From Kiritimatiellia bacterium (GTDB lineage: Bacteria > Verrucomicrobiota > Kiritimatiellia > RFP12 > JAAYLN01), in assembly GCA_045603485.1 (NCBI GenBank), contig JAZUMF010000105.1:1903-65902 (forward strand): DNA of 64,000 nt. The letters run 5' to 3'. The notes under the pieces were generated by a model. The model was given only the letters and a program-made list of their open reading frames with translations. It was not told the DNA's origin and searched no databases. The translations under genes and the position numbers were made by a program. Shown here piece after piece: positions 1-9,669 of this stretch. The stretch's first letter is position 1, and the number at the start of each line of letters is the position of its first letter.

Positions 1-1268
1 GCGGTTCGCGAGGTTGGATTCTAAAGGTTTCGGCAAATGGTAACGGCTTTTTACAATGCACCGGGATCCAGCAAAGCGGGACAAATGTGGCAGGCTCAGT
101 AACTTCACGCCGTTTTTTGGATATGGATGCCCCAATTAAGAATGCAGCAGGGGCAGAATTTAAAATCAACAAGTTGGCAAATTCGCTTTTTTATAAAAAT
201 ACGGCAATTGATACCGTTAGGCTTCCATCTTCAATTACGGTGTTATCCTACAATCTATTTAGGGAGGCGCCTAATCTTAAGCAAGTGTATATGGACAGTA
301 GAAAGATTAAGTCGTTTGATTATTATCCCTTTTATAATTGCGACGCTCTAACAAATATTTCAACATTGGTCTTTGATGAAGTTACTTTGATTAGAGAAAG
401 CGCTTTCTATAGCTGTGCCAATTTAGTAGGCGATATTGTCATAAACAATGACAAAGTTACTTTAGAGCATAGTATTTTCAGAGATAGTCCCAAGATCAAG
501 TCTTTTACTATAAATGGAGACTACAAGGGTAACATTCCAAGTTCAATGTTTTATGGTTGTAAAGCTTTGACCTATGTTCAGTTTTCGACATCTGAAGTAT
601 CTCGCGTGACAAGCATTGGAGAGATGGCCTTTTATAATTGCACGGCCTTGGTTACTCTCAAGCCATTTGTTTTTGATAGTTTAACTTCAATAGGAAAGCA
701 GGCCTTTGATGGCTGCAAAAATTTGAAGGGTGATTTTGTCAATACATACAAAGGCAATGTTTCTATCGGTGCTAATACATTTTACTTGTCTAAAGTTTCC
801 AGTGTTAGATTTGATGGCAATATTACATCTATTGGATCAAGATTTTTGCAGGAAGTTAAGTCTGTAACAAATCTCTATTTTGGCTCTACCAGTTCCACCA
901 TGGATGTTGGAGAATGCTTTATCTATGGATGCACGGGGCTTAAGACATTATATATGCCGAGTCGTCCAAAATCATTCGGTAAGTTGTCATTTGGAACTTT
1001 GAATAACCGACAAATGGTTATTTATTCGCATAAGTATGACAATGGTGTCGGCGGTTGGCTAGGTGCTGGCAAGTACACACCATGGAAAAGTCTCTCGGCT
1101 GCCGATAAAAACTCGTGGTTGAATTTAGCCGATAAAACAAAAGAAGCTAGTGGATGGCCAGTGAATAAAAACCCAGCAGGGGTGACGCTCGGGGCGTCAA
1201 TTGTTTCATCAACCCCACAGTGGATTGTAACTATTCCTTTTCATGGCTTGGTTTTCGAGGTTGAGTAA
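1..1268 (+). CDS. BspA-type leucine-rich-repeat (LRR_5-like) surface protein, 5'-partial
   Basis: ORF 87..1268 starts at GTG, and the same frame has no stop back to nt 3, so the N-terminus lies outside the window. It has repeated ~23-aa units with a FY(N/G)C(T/K)(A/N)L consensus (FYNCDALTNI, FYSCANLVG, FYGCKALTYV, FYNCTALVTL, FDGCKNLKG, IYGCTGLKTL). Sampled GC is ~35% versus ~58% in ribosomal genes. Confidence 0.6.
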   Translation, partial: GSRGWILKVSANGNGFLQCTGIQQSGTNVAGSVTSRRFLDMDAPIKNAAGAEFKINKLANSLFYKNTAIDTVRLPSSITVLSYNLFREAPNLKQVYMDSRKIKSFDYYPFYNCDALTNISTLVFDEVTLIRESAFYSCANLVGDIVINNDKVTLEHSIFRDSPKIKSFTINGDYKGNIPSSMFYGCKALTYVQFSTSEVSRVTSIGEMAFYNCTALVTLKPFVFDSLTSIGKQAFDGCKNLKGDFVNTYKGNVSIGANTFYLSKVSSVRFDGNITSIGSRFLQEVKSVTNLYFGSTSSTMDVGECFIYGCTGLKTLYMPSRPKSFGKLSFGTLNNRQMVIYSHKYDNGVGGWLGAGKYTPWKSLSAADKNSWLNLADKTKEASGWPVNKNPAGVTLGASIVSSTPQWIVTIPFHGLVFEVE

Positions 1269-1688
1269 AAATAAACAAGTGTAATCGTGTGACACTTAAA
1301 GGTTGCTGCTGCAAAGGCGCAGAGATTTTGTGATACCGACTATTTCTTGTGTTAGTATAGGGAAGCTGGGCTATAGTGTCAAGTCTAATAGTCTGACACT
1401 TAAAGGTTGCACTTAAAGGTTGAAAATTTCTCCCGCGGAGAGCGCAGAGAAAATTGTGAGATTTTGTTCCGCACTGTAATCTCATGCGGTGGATGGTGGC
1501 GGACGGAGCAGCCACCGCAGAACTCTTAGAGAGAAACTGAAAAGGCCTGTCCCCTTAAAAGGTTTTCCCGCAAAAACGCTGAGGAATTGCAGCTTGGTTC
1601 TTAAAGGTTATTAGGTGGCAAGTTTGACAGTAAAGACAGTTTGCGAGTTTTACAGTTTTAATTGGTAAGGCCTGTCCCCAGAAAAGTT

Positions 1689-1723
1689 AGTAAATAGGTA
1701 ATAGTAAATAGGTAATAGGTAAT
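1689..1723. repeat. Heptad array (AGTAAAT/AGGTAAT) x5
   Basis: agtaaat aggtaat agtaaat aggtaat aggtaat. The paralogous array at 1947-1988 has 6 units. Confidence 0.85.
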
Positions 1724-1946
1724 AATGAAGAATGAATAATTTTTGTAGTTTTTAGGTTAAGTTTTTTGTGCCTTTTGCGAAGTACACGAAATTGGGAAGG
1801 CCTGTCTCCTTATAAAATTTTATCGCAGAGAATGCAGATAAATTGCAGCTTGGTTCTTAAAGGTTATTAGGTGGCAAGTTTGACAGTAAAGACAGTTTGC
1901 GAGTTTTACAGTTTTAAGTGGTAAGGCCTGTCCCCTTAGAAAAGTT

Positions 1947-1988
1947 AGTAAATAGGTAATAGGTAATAGGTAATAGGTAATAGGTAAT
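1947..1988. repeat. Heptad array AGTAAAT + (AGGTAAT)x5
   Basis: Perfect 7-nt periodicity, one more unit than the array at 1689-1723. Confidence 0.85.
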
Positions 1989-2202
1989 AATGAAGAATGA
2001 ATAATTTTTGTAGTTTTTAGGTTAAAACTGAAAAGGACTGTCCACTAAAAACTTTTACCGCAAAAAACGCAGAGATTTGTGATACCGACTATTTATTGTG
2101 TCAGTATAGTGAGGTTTTGTTGTTGTGTCAAGTGTAATAGTGTGACACTTAAAGGATGAGTCGTAGAATAGGGATAGTATAGGACTCGAAGGGAATATAC
2201 TA

Positions 2203-4608
2203 TCAGAGAGATGTTAGGGTGATGTTTTTTATGGTGAGATTGGATTTGCCATCGTAAATGATTGCAAATCGGAATGGTAGATTTGTTGTATGGGTAAAAT
2301 CGAGTGTTGCCGTTTCTAGGCCATTGGGGGAGGATTTGAATGGGGCATTGCCGTATTCGTTGCCTCCTGCGACGCCAACCTTTAGTTGGCAGCCATCGCC
2401 TCCTTGGGCTTTTACTTCAAGGCGGTATTTGCCTTGTGGAATTGGGAGATATGGCCCATGCAGCGCTTCTCCTTTGGGTGTGTGTGCTGTATTGAATTCA
2501 ACGCTTCCATCCTTGAGTACGCTTGTACCATTATGATACATATTTGCCGGGATTATCTCTATTGTTGAATTTGCTTTGAGGGGGTATTCTCCAGCGGAGA
2601 TCAGGGCATGGATTGGCGTTGATACTCCTTTTGGCAATGGTACAGATCCGCCTAGCGGCGGGTCGAATTGAGCCTCATGCCAGCCATTTTCTTTGTCTAG
2701 TATCAGATAGCGCATTCCTTGACGGGCTTGTGTCGGAGCTCGAAGCTTTAGGTTTATTTCGCCTTGCCGTGCCGTTTGAATTGAGCGTAAAACTTTACTG
2801 CTATCCCATTGGACTGATGCAGGATAATTTAGGTATGACAGCGGTTTGCTGTCGGCGTGAATGATATCTGTCTTTTTTTGCGGTAGGATTTCAAAGGCGG
2901 TAATCCCTTCACTTTGGGTTATTAGATTTAACCATGGGCTGGCGGCTAATTTTTTAAGTGCAACTCCTGCCGGAAATGGGGAGACTTTTGTGGGGTAGGG
3001 TTGTTCATGAAAGAGAATGTAGGTTACCCCAAACTTACGGAGTCTTGCTATTTGCTCATCTGTAAGTTCGCCTTCATTGAGGGAGGAGAGAGGTCCGAAC
3101 ACTTCGGGGTAGTAATCTTGCGGAACTGACGGTGAATAGCCGTTTATGAGGCGTAGGCGCGAGTTCATTGCGCCATGCTCGTAGACTGACGACCAGTGGG
3201 ATTCGCCGGGCCAAATTGGCAGGCAGATGGCTTTTGGGGATGCTGCCAGGGGTGCTTTTTCAGTTACAGCCTGATAGGCTTGGGCATAGTCTTTGATTTG
3301 GCATGCTCTTATGCGGAACCATGTCATATACTCAACTGTCATTACGAGTGCAATTATCGTTGCCGCATAGATAAAGATTTTTGACTTTACCGTGGCGTCA
3401 ATTGACTTTTTCCGTGCGAGTAATGAAGAGGTAATCGCGACGAGGGCTGCAATTACTGTTGGGAGGAGGCAATAGATTTTAGCGGCTTGTCTAATCATTG
3501 TGTACTTTGGAACGAGGCGTCGTGCGGCGCGTAGGGGTAGCGCGCACATTGGTCCGTCAACGCCTAATGCCAGAAGTATTACTCCGAGCGTCATGAGTCC
3601 AAAGAGGGTTAGTGCTAAATAGCGTTTCCATTCTTTTGTTAATTTGCCTAATGACGGGATAAATGCAATTGCAAGGAGAGCCAGCGCAAGAAATGAGATG
3701 CCTATGTAGTTGTGGCTGAATGCGCCTGAGAGATGTCGGCGTGAGAAGAGCCCTTGCTTTATCGGTGAGAAGAGGGCTATTTCCTGTAATGTGCGGCCAT
3801 TTGCCATATTCGAGGTTTCCAGATGGCTCGCCGAGAGTTGCGAGAGCGCGACGGCTGCAACTCCAAGGGCTGCGAGTGGGATAAGCGCTATGACGATTTT
3901 CTTTAACGGGGTTTCGTTTTGTTCTTTAAGTAGCCAAAAGCCTATCAGCGCAAATGGGGTGGCAAGCGCGGAAAAGTAAAAGACATGGAGGTCCGAGCAG
4001 TATGCGAAGAAGATGGATAGACCGGCAATTATGCCACCTTTTATTTTGCCGCTTCTTGCTATTTGATCCAGTCCGTAAAAGAGCCACGGGACGAGGCAAT
4101 AGGCAAAGCCTGTGGGGCTGCCGCTTATAATCGTTATCCAGCGGTATGGGAATGCCGAGAGCGCTACGGCTATCGCTGTTGAGATGATTTCGGAGTGTGT
4201 TAGCCGCCTGACTAGGAGATAAAGCCCTAGTAGGCACATCAGGTGTGAGAAAAGTGTTGCGAGATTCCAGCCGGCGGCATGGCCCCAAATTGGAGATGCC
4301 GCCGCGTAGACTAAGGAGAAGGGGATGTAGTAGGTGTCAAACTTGAACCTTTCCGCATCCCCCTTTGTATTGAATTCGTATACATTTGCAAAGGGGGGCG
4401 TTTTGCCCGCAATCATATCGCGGCATAGCCAAAAGTGATAAAGGAGCTGAATGTGGTCTCCAGGTACCATCGCCGTTATTGCAGGCTCGTCTGCGCCTCT
4501 CCACTCTGCGTATGGGATTGCCTTTGTGAAGTTAGCCGGTATGGGCCAAGTGATTGTCGCCCACACGAGTATGCCAAGAAGAGATGTTACGAGAAGACCT
4601 TTTTTCAT
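2203..4608 (-). CDS. Large polytopic membrane protein (YfhO/GT-C-like, tentative)
   Basis: 801 aa. The first ~430 aa contain about a dozen hydrophobic helices; the ~370-aa C-terminal domain looks soluble. The architecture resembles the YfhO family; no motif-level proof. Confidence 0.4.
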   Translation of the reverse strand: MKKGLLVTSLLGILVWATITWPIPANFTKAIPYAEWRGADEPAITAMVPGDHIQLLYHFWLCRDMIAGKTPPFANVYEFNTKGDAERFKFDTYYIPFSLVYAAASPIWGHAAGWNLATLFSHLMCLLGLYLLVRRLTHSEIISTAIAVALSAFPYRWITIISGSPTGFAYCLVPWLFYGLDQIARSGKIKGGIIAGLSIFFAYCSDLHVFYFSALATPFALIGFWLLKEQNETPLKKIVIALIPLAALGVAAVALSQLSASHLETSNMANGRTLQEIALFSPIKQGLFSRRHLSGAFSHNYIGISFLALALLAIAFIPSLGKLTKEWKRYLALTLFGLMTLGVILLALGVDGPMCALPLRAARRLVPKYTMIRQAAKIYCLLPTVIAALVAITSSLLARKKSIDATVKSKIFIYAATIIALVMTVEYMTWFRIRACQIKDYAQAYQAVTEKAPLAASPKAICLPIWPGESHWSSVYEHGAMNSRLRLINGYSPSVPQDYYPEVFGPLSSLNEGELTDEQIARLRKFGVTYILFHEQPYPTKVSPFPAGVALKKLAASPWLNLITQSEGITAFEILPQKKTDIIHADSKPLSYLNYPASVQWDSSKVLRSIQTARQGEINLKLRAPTQARQGMRYLILDKENGWHEAQFDPPLGGSVPLPKGVSTPIHALISAGEYPLKANSTIEIIPANMYHNGTSVLKDGSVEFNTAHTPKGEALHGPYLPIPQGKYRLEVKAQGGDGCQLKVGVAGGNEYGNAPFKSSPNGLETATLDFTHTTNLPFRFAIIYDGKSNLTIKNITLTSL

Positions 4609-4624
4609 ACCTACTTTGTTTTGC

Positions 4625-5128
4625 CTAGTCGTCTGACCGTGTTAGTGTGATGAGACGGCTGTCTGGATTGCCTTCCGGAATTGCGATGTTTATGTGGAGT
4701 GTGTCGGCAGGGAGGGCGCCTTCGGCACGGTCGGGCCATTCAATGCAGATCAAATCGCCTGATTGCAGATATTCATCGAACCCGAGGGCATCGAGGTCGG
4801 TCGCCGCTTTGAGCCTGTACAAGTCCATGTGGACCAGTCGGCCTCCGCCAGGGAGCGAATACTCTCCAACTAGGGTGAAGGTCGGGCTGGTGACTGGGCG
4901 TTTTACACCCAGTTCAGCCGCCAACGCCTGTGTGAATGTCGTTTTGCCGGCACCAAGGTCACCCTCTAGGGCAACGACAGTTGGAGTATTGCGAAGCATT
5001 TCAGCCATTTCTCTGGCAAAGGCCCGCATTGCGGCCAGATTTTCAATTTTGACGATTTTCTTCATTTGTCTTGTAGATGTATGGTCGCCACTTGTTAGAG
5101 TCTGAAACGACGCTACTTCTTTGGCCAA
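4625..5128 (-). CDS. tsaE: tRNA t6A37 biosynthesis ATPase TsaE (YjeE)
   Basis: 167 aa with a P-loop [28 protein letters not shown] and a IEWPDR-type C-terminus, all typical of TsaE. Confidence 0.8.
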   Translation of the reverse strand: MAKEVASFQTLTSGDHTSTRQMKKIVKIENLAAMRAFAREMAEMLRNTPTVVALEGDLGAGKTTFTQALAAELGVKRPVTSPTFTLVGEYSLPGGGRLVHMDLYRLKAATDLDALGFDEYLQSGDLICIEWPDRAEGALPADTLHINIAIPEGNPDSRLITLTRSDD

Positions 5129-6417
5129 AATTCGTCGGTGTATTTTGACGCAATACCGACTTCAAAGGGCTCAAAGCATTCCGCCAAAATCGACCAGCCG
5201 CGATCGAGGGCTTGCTCGAGCGGTATATTGACAGCCAAGTCCATCATTCCGGCTTCAAAGAGCTTGCCGTACTTAAGGAGTTTTTCATCCCACGCCGACA
5301 TGCGGAAGCCCATCGCCGCCTTTTCTTGCGTCTCCTTGAAGGATGAGTAGAGGCGAATCATGGCATCCATGATTGTGCGGTGATCTTTGCGTGTCTTGTT
5401 GTTGACTTGCTGCTTTAGACGCGAGAGTGAGCCGAATGGTTCAATTCTTCCGTTTTTGAGGTAGAACTGACCTTCTGTGATGTAGCCTGTGTTATCTGGT
5501 ACAGGGTGGGTGACATCGTCGCCCGGCATTGTTGTAGCCGCAAGGATGGTGATGGAGCCGGCACCCTCAAAGTCGACCGCCTTTTCGTAGCGTGACGCGA
5601 GCTGGCTGTAAAGGTCGCCGGGATATCCGCGGTTGGAGGGGATTTGCTCCATTGTGATGGCAATCTCTTTAAGTGCATCTGCAAATGAAGTCATATCGGT
5701 CAGGAGAACGAGTACGCGCTTGCCTTCAAGTGCAAATTGCTCTGCGACCGCAAGTGAAATATCAGGGACGAGAATGCACTCTACAATCGGGTCTGCCGCC
5801 GTGTGAACGAACATGACGGTACGGGAGAGGGCTCCCGACTTCTCAAGCGTATCGCGGAAGTAGAGGTAGTCGTCGTATTTAAGCCCCATGCCGCCTAAGA
5901 TGATGACATCAACCTCGGCCTGGAGGGCGATTCGGGCAAGAAGCTGATTGTAGGGTTCGCCTGCTCGTGCGAAGATGGGGAGCTTTTGCGATTCGACAAG
6001 GGTGTTGAAGACATCAATCATCGGAATGCCCGTGCGAACCATGTGGCTTGGAATAATGCGCTTTGCAGGGTTGACTGAGGGCGTTCCGATGGGAATCAAG
6101 CCATCTTCAAGGGCTGGGCCATTGTCGCGAGGGCGTGCGGCACCTGTATAGACGCGCCCCAGGAGCGCGTCGGAGAAGGGAACTTCCATCGGGTGACCGA
6201 GAAATCTCACGGACGCATCGGTTGCGATTCCGCGCGTTCCGGCAAAGACCTGAAGTGAAACTCTGTCTCCGTCAAGCTTGATTACCTGAGACAGAGAAGT
6301 GCCATTGCGCGAGGTGACTTCGGCAAGCTCGTGGTATGCGGCGCCTTCGGCACGAAGGTTGATGACCGAACCGGCAATATTATCAATGCGATGATATGTC
6401 TTATGCATGGCGTGCAT
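5113..6417 (-). CDS. atpB: V-type ATP synthase subunit B
   Basis: Has a non-catalytic nucleotide-binding fold and [17 protein letters not shown] motifs, and sits directly downstream of the A subunit. The true start is probably an internal Met (MHAMHK/MHKTYH, ~6408-6417) rather than the ORF-track start at 6465, which overlaps atpA. Confidence 0.85.
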   Translation of the reverse strand: MHAMHKTYHRIDNIAGSVINLRAEGAAYHELAEVTSRNGTSLSQVIKLDGDRVSLQVFAGTRGIATDASVRFLGHPMEVPFSDALLGRVYTGAARPRDNGPALEDGLIPIGTPSVNPAKRIIPSHMVRTGIPMIDVFNTLVESQKLPIFARAGEPYNQLLARIALQAEVDVIILGGMGLKYDDYLYFRDTLEKSGALSRTVMFVHTAADPIVECILVPDISLAVAEQFALEGKRVLVLLTDMTSFADALKEIAITMEQIPSNRGYPGDLYSQLASRYEKAVDFEGAGSITILAATTMPGDDVTHPVPDNTGYITEGQFYLKNGRIEPFGSLSRLKQQVNNKTRKDHRTIMDAMIRLYSSFKETQEKAAMGFRMSAWDEKLLKYGKLFEAGMMDLAVNIPLEQALDRGWSILAECFEPFEVGIASKYTDEFWPKK

Positions 6418-8143
6418 TCTCCTCAAGAAGCTTTTCAATCTTTTCCTTAAAGGTCTTGCAGGCATCTGTATCAGGTGCCGTTTGGTGCCAATCCTTAAAG
6501 TTTTGTGTAATTGTCAGGAAGAAGCGACGGGCATCATCCTTACTGTCGAAATCAAAATCAGAGGCGATAATCTTTTCGAGCAGATCAAAGACTTCCCGTT
6601 GGCGAACGACCGGCATAGCCGAGTCCACCTCGTTGAATGAGTCCTGTTGCAGATATACGGCATCAAGGAGCTCCGACTTTAGGTAGACGAGGAAGTCCGC
6701 CATTGCGGTACCTTCTTCGCCAACGACCTTAGTCATCTGGAGAACTTCATTGCCGCGACGCAATATGGCGCGAAGTTTTTCTACGCGATCCTGCTCGACA
6801 ACGCTGGAATACTTGCTCCAGCTGTCAAGCGGGTCAATGGCTGGGTAGCGGCGAGCGTCGGAGCGGGCGCGTGAAAGACCGTGGAATGCACCGACTACCT
6901 TGAGGGTCGCTTGCGTGACAGGCTCGTCAAAGTTACCACCTGCAGGTGAAACGGTGCCGCCGATTGTTACGGAGCCAATCGAGCCGTCACGAAGTCTTAC
7001 GCGGCCGGCACGCTCGTAGAAGGCGGCAACGACGGATTCAAGATAGGCAGGGAATGCCTCTTCGCCTGGGATTTCCTCAAGTCGGCCTGACATTTCGCGA
7101 AGGGCTTGAGCCCAGCGTGAGGTCGAGTCAGCCAAAAGAAGGGCGTTGAGACCCATTTGGCGGTAGTAGGAAGCAATCGTGACCGCCGTGTAGACCGAAG
7201 CTTCTCGAGCTGCAACCGGCATTGATGATGTGTTGCAGATAATGACGGTACGATCCATCAGCGAGCGACCCGTGCGAGGATCCTTCATGGCTGGGAATTC
7301 GCGAAGAGTTTCAACGACCTCGCCGGCGCGCTCTCCGCAGGCGGCGATAATTACAACATCAACCTCTGCGTGGCGGCTTGTGACCTGTTGAAGAACCGTC
7401 TTGCCAGCACCGAAGGGGCCGGGAATGCAGTAGGTGCCGCCAAGTGCAACGGGGAAGAATGTGTCGATTGTACGCTGCTGGGTAATCATCGTCTCGGTAG
7501 GGCTGAGACGCTCCTCAAAGCAGCTGAGCGGTACCTTGACAGGCCAACGCTGAATAAGTGTAACCTCCTGCTCCAGGCCGGAATCATTAGCGAGAGTGGC
7601 AATCTTGTCGGTGACTTTATAGGTTCCCTTTGCGGCAATCTCGCGGACTGTCCATGCGCCATCAAGTCCAAACGGTGCCATGATTCGGTGAGCAAAGATA
7701 CCTTCCGGAACGGTTCCCAATGTGTCGCCGGCATAGACTTTGTCGCCGACCTTGACGGACGGGGTGAATTCCCATGAGCTGTCTCTGGGGATAGGCGGGA
7801 GATAGGTGCCGCTCTGCAAAAAGAAGCCACACTCCTCCGCTAGACGGGGAAGCGGATTCTGCAATCCGTCAAAGACCTGTCCGAGAAGACCGGGGCCGAG
7901 CTCGGCAGAGAGTAGGTCGCCCGAGAATTCAACGAGACCGCCGACGGCAAGGCCTGTGGTATCTTCAAAGACCTGCATGTCAGCGAGTGAGCCACGAATG
8001 CGGACGACTTCAGACATTAGGCGACGGGTTGTGCCATTATCGTCCAGAAGCGCATATCCGACCTCGTTTTGTGCGACAGCACCGGAAAACGCCACGGAAA
8101 TCATATTTCCGTTGACCATAGAAATTGTACCAGTTGTTTTCAT
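6401..8143 (-). CDS. atpA: V-type ATP synthase catalytic subunit A
   Basis: 580 aa with Walker [13 protein letters not shown] and the non-homologous insert typical of A subunits. Confidence 0.9.
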   Translation of the reverse strand: MKTTGTISMVNGNMISVAFSGAVAQNEVGYALLDDNGTTRRLMSEVVRIRGSLADMQVFEDTTGLAVGGLVEFSGDLLSAELGPGLLGQVFDGLQNPLPRLAEECGFFLQSGTYLPPIPRDSSWEFTPSVKVGDKVYAGDTLGTVPEGIFAHRIMAPFGLDGAWTVREIAAKGTYKVTDKIATLANDSGLEQEVTLIQRWPVKVPLSCFEERLSPTETMITQQRTIDTFFPVALGGTYCIPGPFGAGKTVLQQVTSRHAEVDVVIIAACGERAGEVVETLREFPAMKDPRTGRSLMDRTVIICNTSSMPVAAREASVYTAVTIASYYRQMGLNALLLADSTSRWAQALREMSGRLEEIPGEEAFPAYLESVVAAFYERAGRVRLRDGSIGSVTIGGTVSPAGGNFDEPVTQATLKVVGAFHGLSRARSDARRYPAIDPLDSWSKYSSVVEQDRVEKLRAILRRGNEVLQMTKVVGEEGTAMADFLVYLKSELLDAVYLQQDSFNEVDSAMPVVRQREVFDLLEKIIASDFDFDSKDDARRFFLTITQNFKDWHQTAPDTDACKTFKEKIEKLLEENARHA

Positions 8144-8652
8144 CGTTTAGTCAGAGCCTTAAAGGATTCAGCTCCTTTGGCGGCATCAGCCGCAAGAAGC
8201 TTTTCGTTGATTTGGATTTTGGCTGCAAAAGCCAGGATGACATTTTCCGAGAGTGGCTGAACACCCTGGAGGGAATCGAGAATAGTCCAGCGCAGGTGGG
8301 CTATAGCCCGTTCGCGCTGGAGCGGGTCGCTAAGTGCGAATGCGGCAGTAATTGCAGGAGCGATGGTGCCGTCGCATCCGGCTGTTTCAAGCCTGGGAGC
8401 CTTGGACGGCTGCTCTCCACGGCGGCGGGTACGCTCAATAGCGACCGCATTTCGGATCTGAGCATCTGCATCGCGCCATGCTCGAACGAATGGATGAGAG
8501 TCGTCGCAGTCATTAAGAATGGCGTTGACCGCACGAGCAATTGAGCCGGTAAGTTCAGAGTCGCAGGCAGCGCGGAAGCCTTCGAGCGTCATCTTCGCAC
8601 TTTGTCCCTCAAGGAGGAGGGGTAGTGAGGATATGAAGTAATCGAGGTTCAC
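8140..8652 (-). CDS. Hypothetical protein in the V-ATPase operon (between E and A; DUF2764-like position)
   Basis: 170 aa with no recognisable motif. Its position between E and A is where spirochaete and chlamydial V-ATPase operons carry a conserved hypothetical gene. Confidence 0.45.
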   Translation of the reverse strand: MNLDYFISSLPLLLEGQSAKMTLEGFRAACDSELTGSIARAVNAILNDCDDSHPFVRAWRDADAQIRNAVAIERTRRRGEQPSKAPRLETAGCDGTIAPAITAAFALSDPLQRERAIAHLRWTILDSLQGVQPLSENVILAFAAKIQINEKLLAADAAKGAESFKALTKR

Positions 8653-8679
8653 GATTGCGTTCCTAACTTAATGATTGAC

Positions 8680-9285
8680 TTATGCATCCTTGGCAAGGGC
8701 TGCAAGTTCGGGGCGAAGAAGCCGTGCCAAGGCGTCAGTCACGGCATCGGCGGTAAAGCATTGCTCAATGCGGCCGCCATCGGTGCGGATAACGAAACCG
8801 TTCGCGAAGGCGGGGCTGTTGATAACCTTGATTCCGTCAGCGGCGCTCTTTGCTTTGAGCTCATCAAGAAGCTTTGCCGCTAAATCTGCCGCGCTATTGC
8901 CAAGCTCAACCTCAATTGCCTTTTCACCCTTTGCCAAGTAGGTATCGATAGCCTTGGTAATCCATGCCTTGAGTGTTTCGGTATTGTTGAATTCAGCCTT
9001 AACACCATCCGCAAGGAAAGAGACGACAATCTTTTGGAGGTCTTGAGCGAGTTGCAGCTTGACATCACGGACCGCTTGCTTAACGGTAGCTTCAGCGCGG
9101 GATGAAAATGCGGCGGCATCACGCTTGGCCTCGGCACGAAGCTTCTCGGCTTCTTCCTCAGCCGCTTTGCGAATATTGGCTGCATCCTTTTGCGCAGATT
9201 CAATGATAGACTTAGCTTCAGCGTTGGCCTTTTCAAGACCTTCGCTTTTGATTCTTTCTAATAGTGCTTGTAATTCGTCAGCCAT
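8680..9285 (-). CDS. atpE: V-type ATP synthase subunit E
   Basis: 201 aa, highly charged and alanine-rich N-terminal coiled coil (MADELQALLERIKSEGLEKANAEAK...) with a globular C-terminus. Position and composition are typical of subunit E. Confidence 0.65.
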   Translation of the reverse strand: MADELQALLERIKSEGLEKANAEAKSIIESAQKDAANIRKAAEEEAEKLRAEAKRDAAAFSSRAEATVKQAVRDVKLQLAQDLQKIVVSFLADGVKAEFNNTETLKAWITKAIDTYLAKGEKAIEVELGNSAADLAAKLLDELKAKSAADGIKVINSPAFANGFVIRTDGGRIEQCFTADAVTDALARLLRPELAALAKDA

Positions 9286-9669
9286 ATTTACTCCTTAATA
9301 AAATAAATGACGCCAATCAAGTCATAATTATAATATTATACCATAAATGGAAAATTAAGACGAAAAGATTATAAATCGAAGAGTGAAAAGCGATTGCAAA
9401 AGTCAATTCCAAATTGACCTTTTATAAGGTGTGCAATTTGTAAATCAGGGCATGATTGACCACTCATTTGTTCCAATGAAATTCATTATTTCGCGCCCAA
9501 AGGGTGATTACGCCTTTTACAGGCGCCTGATTTCACTCGTCACAGCCGCTATAATCTCCCTGCCGCAAGACAAAAAGTCTTGAAAGGGACAATTCATTCA
9601 GAAGCGAGCTGGATTTTTTGCGCTCTTGTTTGTCAATATGTTATATTTGAGATTTGAGGAGATATTAAG

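Larger units (their letters stand above)
1270..2200. repeat. Repeat-rich non-coding region: five REP-like GGCCTGTCCCC boxes, two ~180-bp tandem units, repeated CGCAGAGA-TTGTGATACCGACTATT box, GTGTCA..TGACAC hairpins
   Basis: Direct reading. The boxes lie at 1544-1554, 1669-1679, 1799-1809, 1925-1935 and 2035-2045. The tandem units are 1586-1760 and 1842-2025. Box Y lies at 1319-1362 and 2069-2109. GTGACACTTAAAGG occurs at 1290, 1397 and 2140. Confidence 0.8.

Noticed and set aside
127-351. Alternative-frame ORF inside the LRR gene, and the 1231-1515 minus-strand ORF in the repeat region
   Set aside because: Both overlap a much better-supported gene or sit in structured repeat DNA. There is no motif support and the composition is odd.
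1689-1988. Possible CRISPR array suggested by the short direct repeats (AGGTAAT)n
   Set aside because: The period is 7 nt with no spacers, and no cas genes are present in the window. It is a microsatellite, not CRISPR.
5113-6465. ORF-track start for atpB at 6465, which overlaps atpA by 65 nt
   Set aside because: The N-terminal 16-19 residues ([16 protein letters not shown]) are not V-ATPase-B-like, and an internal Met places the start 2-14 nt after the atpA stop. The shorter model was adopted.
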